DNA of 64,000 nt from NCBI GenBank assembly GCA_963827275.1, contig CAWHAA010000010.1, positions 288,001 through 352,000 of the forward strand. Reading direction: 5' to 3'. A program made the position numbers and the translations under genes. This DNA comes from an uncultured Spirochaetota bacterium (GTDB taxonomy: Bacteria > Spirochaetota > UBA4802 > UBA5550). The notes under the pieces were generated by a model. That model ran no database searches. It saw only the letters and a list, made by a program, of their open reading frames with translations, and had not been told where the DNA came from. Shown in pieces: positions 20,424-30,120 of the stretch (within the stretch, counting starts at the first letter, position 1; each line of letters starts with the position of its first letter).

Positions 20424-21101
20424 TCAATTCGCGGAAGCGAGAACCACCAGCGCGTCCACCACGACGGGCTTGTTCCCGGATATGATGAGCGGGTTGATGT
20501 CGATCTCGGCGATCTCGCTGTGCTTCACGCCCAGGTTGCCGATCCCCACCAGGGCGGCGACCAGCTGCTTTTTATCGACCGCCGGGCTGCCGCGGAACTC
20601 GTCGAGGAGCTTCTTCATGCGGATCTCTTCGATCATCTCTTCCGCGTCAAGCTCGGTGAGGGGCGCCACCCGGAAGCTCACGTCTTTTATCACCTCGGTG
20701 AAAATACCGCCGATGCCGAACATCACGCAGGGGCCGAACTGCGGGTCGCGGCTCAGCCCGATCACGAACTCGCGGTCGCCCCTGACCATCTCCTGCACCA
20801 GCACGCCGTCGAGCTCGACCCCCTTGCCGGTGATCTCGTCATAGGCCTTCTGCACCTCGTCAACGCTGGAGAGCTTGAGCTTCACCAGTCCCATCTCGGT
20901 CTTGTGCGCGGCCTTGTCGGAGCAGCCCTTCAGCACGACCGGGTATCCTATCTCCCCGGCGAACTTCACCGCTTCGTCGCGCGAGCGCGCCAGCTTCTCC
21001 CGGGTGATCGTGATCCCCGCGGACCGGAGCACCAGCTTTGAATCATATTCCGACAGGGTCTTCTGGCCCCGCTCAATCGCGTTCTTAACAATCTGATCCA
21101 T
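20424..21101 (-). CDS. ADP-forming acyl-CoA synthetase beta subunit (ATP-grasp)
   Basis: GYPVVLK, HKTEMG, VLVQEMV, FGPCVMFGIGG, EIDINP. Confidence 0.92.
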   Translation of the reverse strand: MDQIVKNAIERGQKTLSEYDSKLVLRSAGITITREKLARSRDEAVKFAGEIGYPVVLKGCSDKAAHKTEMGLVKLKLSSVDEVQKAYDEITGKGVELDGVLVQEMVRGDREFVIGLSRDPQFGPCVMFGIGGIFTEVIKDVSFRVAPLTELDAEEMIEEIRMKKLLDEFRGSPAVDKKQLVAALVGIGNLGVKHSEIAEIDINPLIISGNKPVVVDALVVLASAN

Positions 21102-22491
21102 ACCGGGTCTCCTTTTTCCGAAGGTATCTGAACTGTTCGTAGGACACCACCAGCGCCCGCACCGCCTCCTCCATCGAATCGAACAGGGGAAGGTGGTGCT
21201 GTTTGCGGACCGAGATGATGCGCCCCACCGAATTCGGTGTGTATATGGCCGCCGGCTTGTCGTACCGTTTGCACATTTTCACGACTTCTTTGATGACGTC
21301 AATGACAAAATCGCGCCAGATGCTCGACATCAGCAGGAGGCCGTCCACTTCACCGGCGGAGAGGAGGATCTCGAAGATATCGAGGTACACCTGCGGCGGC
21401 GCGGGGCCGATGTCGACCGGGTTGTTCATGTTGAACACGCCCTTGATCTTCGACAGGCGCTCGCGGGTCTCCGGTTCGAGCCGCGGCATGCGGAGGCCCG
21501 CTTCCACCATCAGGTCGGCCGATATGCTGCCGAAGGCGCCGGAGTTGGTGAAGGCCGCTATCCGGTTCCCTCGCAGGAGGGGCATCTCGGTCAGCATCTT
21601 CGGCAATGAGTGGATCTCGCTGATTGACCGCAGCCTGATGATGCCCGCCTGGCGGCACATGCTGTCAAACACGGCGTCGTTGTTCGCCATGCCGGCGGTG
21701 TGGGACAGGGCCGCCGCCGTGCCCTCCGCGGTCCTGCCCGACTTGAATACGAGGATCGGTTTTTTCACCCGGCGGGCGACCTGCATGAGCTTTTCGCCGC
21801 GGACCACGTTCTCCAGGTACATCGCGATCACCTGCGTGTTGTCGCGGCTGAAATACTCGATCAGGTCAGCTTCATCCACGTCGGTCTTGTTGCCGATGCT
21901 CACCATCTTGTTTATGCCCTGCATGTCATCCATGAGGGACTCGATGATCAGCACGCCCACCCCGCCGCTCTGTATGACGTAGGAGACGCCGCCCGGCTTT
22001 TTGAATACCTCCATGATTTCCTGGTATGCCCCGTAAAAGCAGCAGAAGTGGGAGACATTGTCCAGCACACCCAGGCAGTTGGGTCCCATCATCCGGATCC
22101 CGAACCGTGCGGCGTATTCGTCGATCTCCCTCTGGAGCGATGTGCCGTCCATGCCCTGCTCTGAAAAACCCGCGCTTTCTATGATTATATTGTGGATGCC
22201 CTTCTCACCGCACTCCTTCACGAACCGGGGCACCACCGGGGCCGGCGTGATGATTACCGCAAGATCGACCTCCTGTGGAATATCCGTCAGCGCGGTATAC
22301 CCGGGGCAGCCGCTTACCGCTTCCCCCTTCCTGTTGATGGCATACACCGGTCCGGGAAACTTTATATATTCCTTCAAACAGGTACAGATGGTGGCCCCGA
22401 GGTTGAAGGGCGCGTTCGACGCGCCTATGACCGCGACTGATTCCGGATTAAAAAACTTATCAAGAAGAGAATCTTTAATTTTAACATCCAT
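21085..22491 (-). CDS. ADP-forming acyl-CoA synthetase alpha subunit (CoA-binding)
   Basis: SVAVIGAS, GPNCLG, QSGG, SHTAG (phospho-His), NPVD. Confidence 0.92.
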   Translation of the reverse strand: MDVKIKDSLLDKFFNPESVAVIGASNAPFNLGATICTCLKEYIKFPGPVYAINRKGEAVSGCPGYTALTDIPQEVDLAVIITPAPVVPRFVKECGEKGIHNIIIESAGFSEQGMDGTSLQREIDEYAARFGIRMMGPNCLGVLDNVSHFCCFYGAYQEIMEVFKKPGGVSYVIQSGGVGVLIIESLMDDMQGINKMVSIGNKTDVDEADLIEYFSRDNTQVIAMYLENVVRGEKLMQVARRVKKPILVFKSGRTAEGTAAALSHTAGMANNDAVFDSMCRQAGIIRLRSISEIHSLPKMLTEMPLLRGNRIAAFTNSGAFGSISADLMVEAGLRMPRLEPETRERLSKIKGVFNMNNPVDIGPAPPQVYLDIFEILLSAGEVDGLLLMSSIWRDFVIDVIKEVVKMCKRYDKPAAIYTPNSVGRIISVRKQHHLPLFDSMEEAVRALVVSYEQFRYLRKKETRYGSDC

Positions 22492-22514
22492 GAGGTACCG
22501 CCAGAACAAGATAT

Positions 22515-22555
22515 GTAAACAATGTTTACTTATTAAAACATTGTTTATGTGTCAA
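22515..22555 (-). promoter_or_regulatory. Tandem palindromic operator next to a TTGACA -35 box upstream of the acyl-CoA synthetase operon
   Basis: GTAAACA-A-TGTTTAC (22515-22529) perfect; AAACA-T-TGTTT (22536-22546); TTGACA on the minus strand at 22555-22550. Confidence 0.65.
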
Positions 22556-22619
22556 GTAATTTTACAAAAAAAATACACGTGTATAGAAAAACAACAATAA
22601 AGAAGCGGGACAATAATGA

Positions 22620-23240
22620 TTACTTATTTTTTGAAGCGGAATCAGTGTAAAGCCTGGCCAGATTGGCGGCGATCCTCTTCCTGTGCCTGAGAATTTCCGC
22701 ATCGCTTTTATCCGGATGGCTCCTGAAGGTGGCTATTATGCCGGTGAGCGCCGCGAAGAGGGTATGGGAGTGAAGGCGGACATTTCCCCCGATATTGAGC
22801 TTCATAAACACCCGGTCAAAGTAATCGAGCATTCTCCGCTCAAGCACGTTCAATTTATCGAAGAGGTCATGATCGACCGAGCCATCGAGGAAAAAATTCA
22901 TCATCATGCGGTAGTACTGGTCATTGCGCGTAAAATAATCGATGAACCCGTCAATCACCTCTTCGATCGACACATCCCCGGAAGCGTCGATTCTCCGGTA
23001 AATGTCGTCGAACCCCTCGCTGATCGCCCGCACGTAGGCCTCCACGAAGAGGGACTGCTGGTCGGGGAAATGACGGTAGATGAGCGCCGGCGATATGCCC
23101 GCCCGCCTGGCGATGTCCCGCATGTTCACCCGGTTAAAGGGCTTCGTCGCAAATTCCATCTCTGCCGCGTCGATGATGATTTTCCGGCGGGCATTCTTCT
23201 CGCTTTCTTTCAATTCTGAGAGGGTGATATCTTTTTTCAT
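22620..23240 (-). CDS. TetR/AcrR family transcriptional regulator
   Basis: IIDAA...MRDIARRAGISPALIYRHF HTH. Confidence 0.93.
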   Translation of the reverse strand: MKKDITLSELKESEKNARRKIIIDAAEMEFATKPFNRVNMRDIARRAGISPALIYRHFPDQQSLFVEAYVRAISEGFDDIYRRIDASGDVSIEEVIDGFIDYFTRNDQYYRMMMNFFLDGSVDHDLFDKLNVLERRMLDYFDRVFMKLNIGGNVRLHSHTLFAALTGIIATFRSHPDKSDAEILRHRKRIAANLARLYTDSASKNK

Positions 23241-23356
23241 GTGAGGGTCCGGATTTCATTCCGGTTATTGCACACCCGGCACGCCATTGTCAACAATTAT
23301 CGTGATTTACGCCGCAGCTGAAAGGTTATTTTGTTCGAGGTGATTGAATGAGCGCC

Positions 23357-25870
23357 TTATATCTTGAGCACCCGGACCAGCTCCTGCTCCAGCTCTTCCA
23401 GGCTGAACGGCTTGGCCAGCGCCCCGGAAAATCCGTGGTCGGCATACCGTACCATTGCCGGGTCATCCGCGTATCCGCTCGTAACGATAGTCCGTACCCC
23501 CGGATCGATCTCCTTCAACCCACCGATTACCCTGTCGGCGCCTGACCCGTCAGGGATGATAAGGTCAAGGACCACGACGTCGAAAGGGGCGCCCGCTTCT
23601 TTTGCTTTTTTGAACAGCTCGATCGCCTCATGGCCGTTGGACGCTGAAACGACTTCGTAACCGAGATGGGTCAGGAGCCGCACCCCCATGTCCTGGATAA
23701 TCTTCTCGTCATCCATGAGGAGTATCTTCCCGGATGCCGAAGCGGCAGGCCCCGCCGCTTCAGGGGGCCAGGCCTGGGCCGCAGCCACCGCCGGGAGCCG
23801 CACCGTGAAAACAGAGCCGGCGCCCCGCTTCGGTTCGGCGGTCAGGAGCCCGTCGTGTTTCTTCACGATAGAATATGATATTGCGAGGCCCAGCCCGCTG
23901 CCCGAATCCTTCGTCGTGAAATAGGGGTCGAAAATCCTCGGCAGGATCTCGTCGGGGATGCCGCTCCCCTGGTCCTCCACGGAAATCTTGATATAATTGC
24001 CGCTCCTGACCGGCAGGCCCGATTTCCCGTCAATGAATTCATTTTCGGCCGACAGCGTTATCAGACCGCCCTCCGGCATTGCCTGCCGGGCGTTCAGGAT
24101 TATATTATGTATCACCTGGCTTATCTGGCCCCGGTCGATTTCAGCGTCCCACAAATTATCGTCTATCCGGAATTCACATATGACATCCGAGCCGCGAAGG
24201 ACGAAATAGGCCGTATCTTCGAGAAGACTCCGTATCGGCGTGATCTTTTTTGCGGAGAACCCTCCCCGGGAAAACGCCATGAGCTGCTGCGTCAGCTCCT
24301 TTGCCATCTCGGAAGCGTTTTCAGCCTCCGACAGGATGACGAAATTCGCGTCATCCGGCCTCATCTTTACCTTCGCCAGCGATATGTTGCCGACGATGGC
24401 GGTCAGGAGGTTGTTGAAATCGTGGGCGATCCCCGCGGCCAGGATTGCCAGCGATTCGATCTTACTCTGCCGGAGCATCTCCTCTTCTATCAGCTTTCTC
24501 CTGGTTATGTCATGGGCGATGCCCCTGAACCCCATGAGGGCGCCGTAGTCATCGACCACGGGACGGCAGCGGAGCTCAACCCATATTGATGAGCCGTCCT
24601 TCCTGACGATCCTGAGCTCCTTGTCCTCGCATATCGTCTCAATCAGCCGGGCAGGAGCGCCGGGCGCGCTGTTGCCGGCCATGCGGAGGGCGGTGAGAAA
24701 CGTATCGATGTCCTCGCCATTGATGATCTCCATCAGGTTCCGTCCGATTATCTCCCTCTGGTCGTAGCCGGTGATCTTCTGGATTGCCGGGTTTGTAAAG
24801 AGGATAGTCCCTTCCGGGTCGAGGTTAAGGACGATGTCATCGATGCTGTTTACGAGGGTGCGGTACTTCTTTTCGGAGCTCTGCAGGATCGCCTCCTGCC
24901 TGTTGCGGTTCTCGATCTCCGCCTGCAGCAGCGTGTTCGCGGCGGATAGGGCCGCGGTGCGGTCAGCGACCCTGTTCTCAAGCTCGGAATGCGCTTTTTT
25001 CAGGTCATCCTCAGCCTGCACCCTGACCGTGATATCATTGATGACCGCGGTGACGTACATCGTCCTGCCGTTATCATCGTACACCGTTTTTCCCCTGATA
25101 TCGAACGACCGCCACGTGCGGTCCCTGTGGCGCATGCGGCAGAGGGCGCTGAAAACGCGGTTCTCGTGGCCCGCTGCGCGGAAGGAGCCGACTGTGCCGC
25201 CCACATCATCCGGGTGCATGTAATCGATGATGTTTTCACCGGCCATGTCCTCCGGGGCATAACCGAGTATCCGGCCGATGGACGCGCTGGAGAAGAGGAC
25301 GGTGCCGTCTGTTGCGAAGACAAAAAAGATATCGTTGGACAGCTCGACGAGGAGCTGGTAATAATCGAGGCAGCGCAGGAGCGTCTCCTGCGACTTCTTC
25401 AGATTCACCACGTCCTTGATGACGCCGAGGGTGCCGGTAAACTCCTTCTCGTCCCTGCCGAGCATGGCGCTGTATGATCCGACGGAGATGACCCGGCAGG
25501 TCGCCATGACCCCCGTCCCGCGGTCGTCCATGACCGAATAGTCTTTCGGTACGAGGCGCACCTGCAGGTCCCTTGTTATCCTCTTCCCGGTCCGCCGCTC
25601 GTCAAAAAGCTTCGGCTGGGTGCCGGCGTACTGCACATCGACGGCACTGCGTCCGATCACGGCGTCGCGCCGCACATTATCGATATCATCGGGGTGGATC
25701 AGCGTACTGAAATGCTTGTAGATGAGGTCCTCGGGCTCATACCCGAGATTGCGGATGGAATTATTGATATAGGTGAAACAACCGTCGGCATCCAGCTTGT
25801 ATATGATATCGGGGATCATATGCACGATGGCTTCATATGCTCGTGGCATCTGCTCTTCCTTTATTTTCAT
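23357..25870 (-). CDS. Cytoplasmic hybrid sensor histidine kinase (3 PAS, HisKA, HATPase, REC)
   Basis: Three PAS/PAC repeats, AHDFNNLL, NARQAM, DQGSG, GSGLGL, ILLMDDE receiver. Confidence 0.95.
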   Translation of the reverse strand: MKIKEEQMPRAYEAIVHMIPDIIYKLDADGCFTYINNSIRNLGYEPEDLIYKHFSTLIHPDDIDNVRRDAVIGRSAVDVQYAGTQPKLFDERRTGKRITRDLQVRLVPKDYSVMDDRGTGVMATCRVISVGSYSAMLGRDEKEFTGTLGVIKDVVNLKKSQETLLRCLDYYQLLVELSNDIFFVFATDGTVLFSSASIGRILGYAPEDMAGENIIDYMHPDDVGGTVGSFRAAGHENRVFSALCRMRHRDRTWRSFDIRGKTVYDDNGRTMYVTAVINDITVRVQAEDDLKKAHSELENRVADRTAALSAANTLLQAEIENRNRQEAILQSSEKKYRTLVNSIDDIVLNLDPEGTILFTNPAIQKITGYDQREIIGRNLMEIINGEDIDTFLTALRMAGNSAPGAPARLIETICEDKELRIVRKDGSSIWVELRCRPVVDDYGALMGFRGIAHDITRRKLIEEEMLRQSKIESLAILAAGIAHDFNNLLTAIVGNISLAKVKMRPDDANFVILSEAENASEMAKELTQQLMAFSRGGFSAKKITPIRSLLEDTAYFVLRGSDVICEFRIDDNLWDAEIDRGQISQVIHNIILNARQAMPEGGLITLSAENEFIDGKSGLPVRSGNYIKISVEDQGSGIPDEILPRIFDPYFTTKDSGSGLGLAISYSIVKKHDGLLTAEPKRGAGSVFTVRLPAVAAAQAWPPEAAGPAASASGKILLMDDEKIIQDMGVRLLTHLGYEVVSASNGHEAIELFKKAKEAGAPFDVVVLDLIIPDGSGADRVIGGLKEIDPGVRTIVTSGYADDPAMVRYADHGFSGALAKPFSLEELEQELVRVLKI

Positions 25871-26173
25871 GTCAGCGCTCTTGATCCGGGATGAATAGAA
25901 GACCGGATGTTAAAACTGATTTCCCAGTTTTTTCAAACCTCATGAATGAAAGACAAAGCGCCCCTCCCTATGGTCCGACGCAGGCATATATTTTTTTTAC
26001 CTGCCCTGTGAAAATCACAGACAGGGCCCATATAGCACAGATAAAGGTTTTTCTTTATTCAAAAATGTCTATTCAGCTGATATAATTATATATATAAATA
26101 GAGATGATGGTCAAGAAATAATTATCACACCGCATCATTAAAACGATATTGACATTCGATATTGAAAACAACA

Positions 26174-26253
26174 TGGGGTCAGAGCAATAATTGGGATGGC
26201 AATATGTTAACACTATTATTTTTTTGTACAATTATTGCATTACTCTGACACCA
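26174..26253. repeat. REP/MITE-like inverted-repeat element
   Basis: TGGGGTCAGAGCAAT ... ATTACTCTGACACCA (13 of 15 inverted match), plus GCAATAATTG/CAATTATTGC, with an AT-rich core. Confidence 0.55.
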
Positions 26254-26282
26254 GATGCAGAAAGAGCTCGTCAGCACACGCA

Positions 26283-29200
26283 TCACTTAAACATATCCAG
26301 CTGCACGTCGCCGACCTGGTGCGTCTTCCCCTGCCGCCGTTTCCCTTTATCAAGCAGCCCTTCCTCCAAGCGGTCGATGAATCTGCTCCGCTCCAGGGTA
26401 AGGACGCGCCCCTTAACAGCGCGTTTTTTCGCATGGCTGAGGTAGAGGTTGTCCAGTGTCCTGGTCACCCCAACGTAAAAAAGGCGCTCCTCCTCTGCTG
26501 CCTGCTCGCCGTCCCTGGCGCCGAACAGCTCAAATGGAATGATCCCGTTTTCACATGCGGGGATAAACACGGTCCTGAACTGGAGCCCCTTGGAGGCGTG
26601 AATGGTCATCAGGGAGACCGCCTCGGCCCTGTCATCGAGGTCGTCGGCCCCCTGCCGCAGGGAGACCGCCCTGAAGAACTCATGGTATGCATTGCCGTAC
26701 CGCTCCGCGAAAGAGCCGATCCTGCGTATCGCGTCTTCCGGCGCATCGATGATGACCATCAGGAATTTGAGGACGTCCGATATGCGGTCCCCTTTTTTAA
26801 TCATGCCCCAGATATCGCTGGCGACTGCCAGCGATATCGACGCATCGGAGCCTGAATAAAACAACCTCTTCAGCGAGCGCACGGCGCTCCGGTAGGGCTC
26901 AAGGGAGAGCAGCGGCGCGCTGCCGACCACCTGGCAGGGGACGGCATGGTTTTTAAAAGCCTCGATGAGGGGATCGAACAAAAAGGCCGACCTGCACAAT
27001 ACGGCGAAATCAGAAAAGCTCGCCCCTTCGTCCTGCGCGTCGCCGTCGGCGATGCCGCTGTCCATCGAAAAGCTCCTGAGCCCGCCCATCAGCTTTTCTA
27101 TGGTGGCGGCGATCCAGTCAGCCTCGCTCAGGTCGCTCGCCGTCTCCTGTATGTGCAGCTTCATGTCGACGGCGCGGCCGGAAACCGCGCTCCTGCCTCC
27201 CAGGACCTGCGCGGCAGCGCGCATGACCGGGTCAGGGCAGCGGAAGCTCCGGTCAAGGCGGAGCACCCGCACGCCGGGATAGTCCTCCGTGATACGCGAC
27301 ATGAACCGCGCGTCCGACCCGCGGAACCCGTATATCGCCTGGTCCGGGTCGCCTATCAGGAAAAGATTGGGAGCGCCGCCGCCCGCGAGCGCCACTATAA
27401 AATCATACTGGGCCGCGTTGATGTCCTGGAACTCGTCGACGAGTATCCAGCGGTAGCGGTCCCGGTATTCCTGTAAAATTTCCGGACGCTCCCTGAAAAT
27501 CCGCAGCGGCAGCGCGATAAGGTCCGCAAGGTCGACGGCGTTGGCCTTCCGGAGCTCTTCGTTGTAGCGCTCCAGCGCCCGTTTCGTCTCAGCGTCAGCA
27601 GGCGCGCCATGCTTGGCCTTTTCTATTTCGCCGATGAGGCGTGATATTTTTTTTTCATCCTTTACGATGCCGGCCATGATCGCCGGGACGTCGTCCTCGT
27701 CGATGATGACGAAATCCTCCTTCCTGCCGACCGCACCGCAGTGCTTCCTGAGAATGCCGAGCCCGAATGCATGGAAGGTCGATATCGTCAGGCCCTCCGC
27801 GGGCATCATCGCTTCCACCCGCTCCCGCATCTCTCCGGCCGCGCGGTTCGAGAAGGTGACGGCGAGCAGCGACGCCGGCGGCACGCCCCTGTCCCTGACC
27901 AGGTGGAGGATCCTCCTGGTGAGGATCGCCGTCTTTCCCGTCCCCGGCCCCGCGATCACCATGCAGGGCCCTTCGCCGTGCTCAATGCCCGCGCGCTGGT
28001 CTCCCGTCAGCCCCTGCGCCGCTGACTTCCCGCCGGCGCCCCCCGGCAGATCGAAGAGCGCGCGCTGCGCTGACCGCGGCGGCCCCTCTTTCTCCAGCAG
28101 CCGTTTGAATTCCCCTATGTCGAACCGTATCGATGACGAGGCCGGTACCGGCGCCGGCGCGGCCGCGCCGAACAGGCCCGCGCCGGTGAAGGAGCGCGCC
28201 TCGCCCGGCCTGAAGACCTTCACCCGGCCGAACTCGCCGTCATACCCCTCCTCGATGTCGACCTCGCCCGCCCTGAGGCGCCGCACCGCTTCGGCGAGGA
28301 CCTCGCCCCCCGTCTCGAGGAGCTCCTCGCGGGGCGCCTCCAGAAGGATGTAGAATTCAGAACCGATCGCCGAAACGAGGCGGTGGTATTCCTTCATCAC
28401 CCTGCCCGACTTCCCGCTCTTCTGGTCCATCAGCTCGGCGAGCAGGTCCGGGAGCTGGGTGATCGATCGGTAGCTCGAGGGCGGCGTCCCGTCCGTCCCT
28501 TCCCGGTCGGCAAGCTCGGCCACGCGGTACATGACGCCCCTGGTGACCGGTTTGCCGCATCCGGGGCATATCCCGCGGTGGCGCATCGTTTCAAGCGGGT
28601 CCCACTTCACGCCGCACTTGCGGTGGCCGTCATAGTGGTACTTCCCCTCCTGGGGAAAAAACTCGATCGTACCGGTGAACCCCTCGCCGTCCCTCAGGGC
28701 GCGGTACATGCCCTCGTAGCCGGGCTCCGTGTCGAACAGGTTCGCCTCCCTCCCCAGCTTCTCGGGGGAATGGGCGTCTGAATTCGACACGAGCCTGAAC
28801 CTGTCGAGGAAGCCGCAGGCGCGGTTCATGGGAGGGTCGCTCGATAGCCCCGTCTCAAGGGCGAAGATGTGCCGGGTCAGGTCGTCGTAGCATTCCTCTA
28901 TCGTATCGAACCCGGACTTCGACCCGAGCACTGAAAACCACGGGGTCCATATATGGCAGGGGACAAGGAACGATTGCTCGGATGATTCCAGGACCATCTC
29001 GAGGAGGATCCTGGAATCAAGCCCGAGTATCGGCCTTCCGTCCGACCGTATGTTGCCCATCCGGTCGAGCCTCCCCTGCACCTTCTCGGCAGCGGCCATG
29101 TCGGGAAAGACGCACAGGTTGTGCACCTTGCGCACCCTGCCGTTTTTCTTGTATATGTTGCTGATCTCCCCGGTAAGCATGAAGTAGATTTCGCGGGGCT

Positions 29201-29447
29201 TGTTCTTTGCCGGCAGGCGCCGGCTCTCATCGAGCCGGTAGTGCTCCTTCAGGCGATAGAGGCCGTTGCCGGCGGGCTCCAGCTTTTCCTTTAATTCAGC
29301 GAGCCAGCCCGGATGCACGCAGTCGCCCGTGCCCACCACGTCGATTCCCTTGAGCCGGGCCCAGTACTCGAGGTGCTCCGGGACCAGGGTGCCGCTCGTG
29401 GCCACGGAAAAATGGGAGTGGATATGAAAATCGGCTATGTATTTCAC
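26283..29447 (-). CDS. Endonuclease Q (PHP, TIGR00375-like) fused to a UvrD/PcrA-type helicase
   Basis: DFHIHS, GTGD, HIWTPWFS, NSDAHS, GKYHYDGHRKC..CPGC; helicase AGPGTGKT, VDEFQD, GDPDQAIYGFRG, TIHASKG, EERLFYVGVTR; start GTG 29447. Confidence 0.92.
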   Translation of the reverse strand: MKYIADFHIHSHFSVATSGTLVPEHLEYWARLKGIDVVGTGDCVHPGWLAELKEKLEPAGNGLYRLKEHYRLDESRRLPAKNKPREIYFMLTGEISNIYKKNGRVRKVHNLCVFPDMAAAEKVQGRLDRMGNIRSDGRPILGLDSRILLEMVLESSEQSFLVPCHIWTPWFSVLGSKSGFDTIEECYDDLTRHIFALETGLSSDPPMNRACGFLDRFRLVSNSDAHSPEKLGREANLFDTEPGYEGMYRALRDGEGFTGTIEFFPQEGKYHYDGHRKCGVKWDPLETMRHRGICPGCGKPVTRGVMYRVAELADREGTDGTPPSSYRSITQLPDLLAELMDQKSGKSGRVMKEYHRLVSAIGSEFYILLEAPREELLETGGEVLAEAVRRLRAGEVDIEEGYDGEFGRVKVFRPGEARSFTGAGLFGAAAPAPVPASSSIRFDIGEFKRLLEKEGPPRSAQRALFDLPGGAGGKSAAQGLTGDQRAGIEHGEGPCMVIAGPGTGKTAILTRRILHLVRDRGVPPASLLAVTFSNRAAGEMRERVEAMMPAEGLTISTFHAFGLGILRKHCGAVGRKEDFVIIDEDDVPAIMAGIVKDEKKISRLIGEIEKAKHGAPADAETKRALERYNEELRKANAVDLADLIALPLRIFRERPEILQEYRDRYRWILVDEFQDINAAQYDFIVALAGGGAPNLFLIGDPDQAIYGFRGSDARFMSRITEDYPGVRVLRLDRSFRCPDPVMRAAAQVLGGRSAVSGRAVDMKLHIQETASDLSEADWIAATIEKLMGGLRSFSMDSGIADGDAQDEGASFSDFAVLCRSAFLFDPLIEAFKNHAVPCQVVGSAPLLSLEPYRSAVRSLKRLFYSGSDASISLAVASDIWGMIKKGDRISDVLKFLMVIIDAPEDAIRRIGSFAERYGNAYHEFFRAVSLRQGADDLDDRAEAVSLMTIHASKGLQFRTVFIPACENGIIPFELFGARDGEQAAEEERLFYVGVTRTLDNLYLSHAKKRAVKGRVLTLERSRFIDRLEEGLLDKGKRRQGKTHQVGDVQLDMFK

Positions 29448-29608
29448 GAAAAGCCTCCCGGGAGGCATAGCGTGATCGATGGAGACGCCATTTGTCAAAT
29501 GCAATTATGCTTGAAATTCAGAAATTTATGCGGCTTGATTCAGGTTGGGCTTGAAAAAATCGGCATGCCGCTGTATGTTACAAATATGCGTTAATGCAGG
29601 AGGGTGCC

Positions 29609-30007
29609 ATGAATAGTAAACGATTCATTCTCGCGAGCATCGCGGTTTTTATCCTGATCCAGGCGATAGACTGGCTGGTCCATGGTGTAATCATGTCAGG
29701 CTGGTACGCGGAGATAGCCGGGCTGTGGCGCGCCGACATGATGGACCTCATGTGGGTTATGGTGCTGGGGTCGCTGTTTTTTTCTTTCATGTTTGTGCTT
29801 ATATTCATTAAGGGCTACGAAGGAAAGGGGATAATGGAAGGCATTCGATACGGGCTCTATGTCGGCCTCCTGATCATGGTCTCGGGCTCGCTGGGCCAGT
29901 ACGCGATGTACCCGATCCCCCTTGCAATGGCACTGACATGGTTGGCGTACGGCATCATAGAGATGATCATCGCCGGTGCGGCGGCCGCGGCGATCTACCG
30001 GAAATAA
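29609..30007 (+). CDS. Four-TM hypothetical membrane protein (DUF1761-like)
   Basis: GGAGG RBS, four hydrophobic segments, 'EGIRYG' and 'YPIP' motifs. Confidence 0.7.
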   Translation: MNSKRFILASIAVFILIQAIDWLVHGVIMSGWYAEIAGLWRADMMDLMWVMVLGSLFFSFMFVLIFIKGYEGKGIMEGIRYGLYVGLLIMVSGSLGQYAMYPIPLAMALTWLAYGIIEMIIAGAAAAAIYRK

Positions 30008-30010
30008 TCT

Positions 30011-30046
30011 CCATGCAGGCGGGGTCACATGACCCCGCCTGCATGG
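30011..30046. repeat. Perfect 17-bp inverted repeat (REP-like or terminator)
   Basis: CCATGCAGGCGGGGTCA-CA-TGACCCCGCCTGCATGG, no U-tract on the plus strand. Confidence 0.7.
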
Positions 30047-30120
30047 GATAATAAAAAATATCTTTACAAAATACCCGCGCGGGATAATACCTCATTTCAT
30101 TCAGCAACGCGGAGCATGCC

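Noticed and set aside
25960..26040. c-di-GMP riboswitch or CRP site upstream of the hybrid kinase
   Set aside because: The hairpin CTGTGA-AAA-TCACAG lacks riboswitch consensus and its spacer is 3 nt rather than 6
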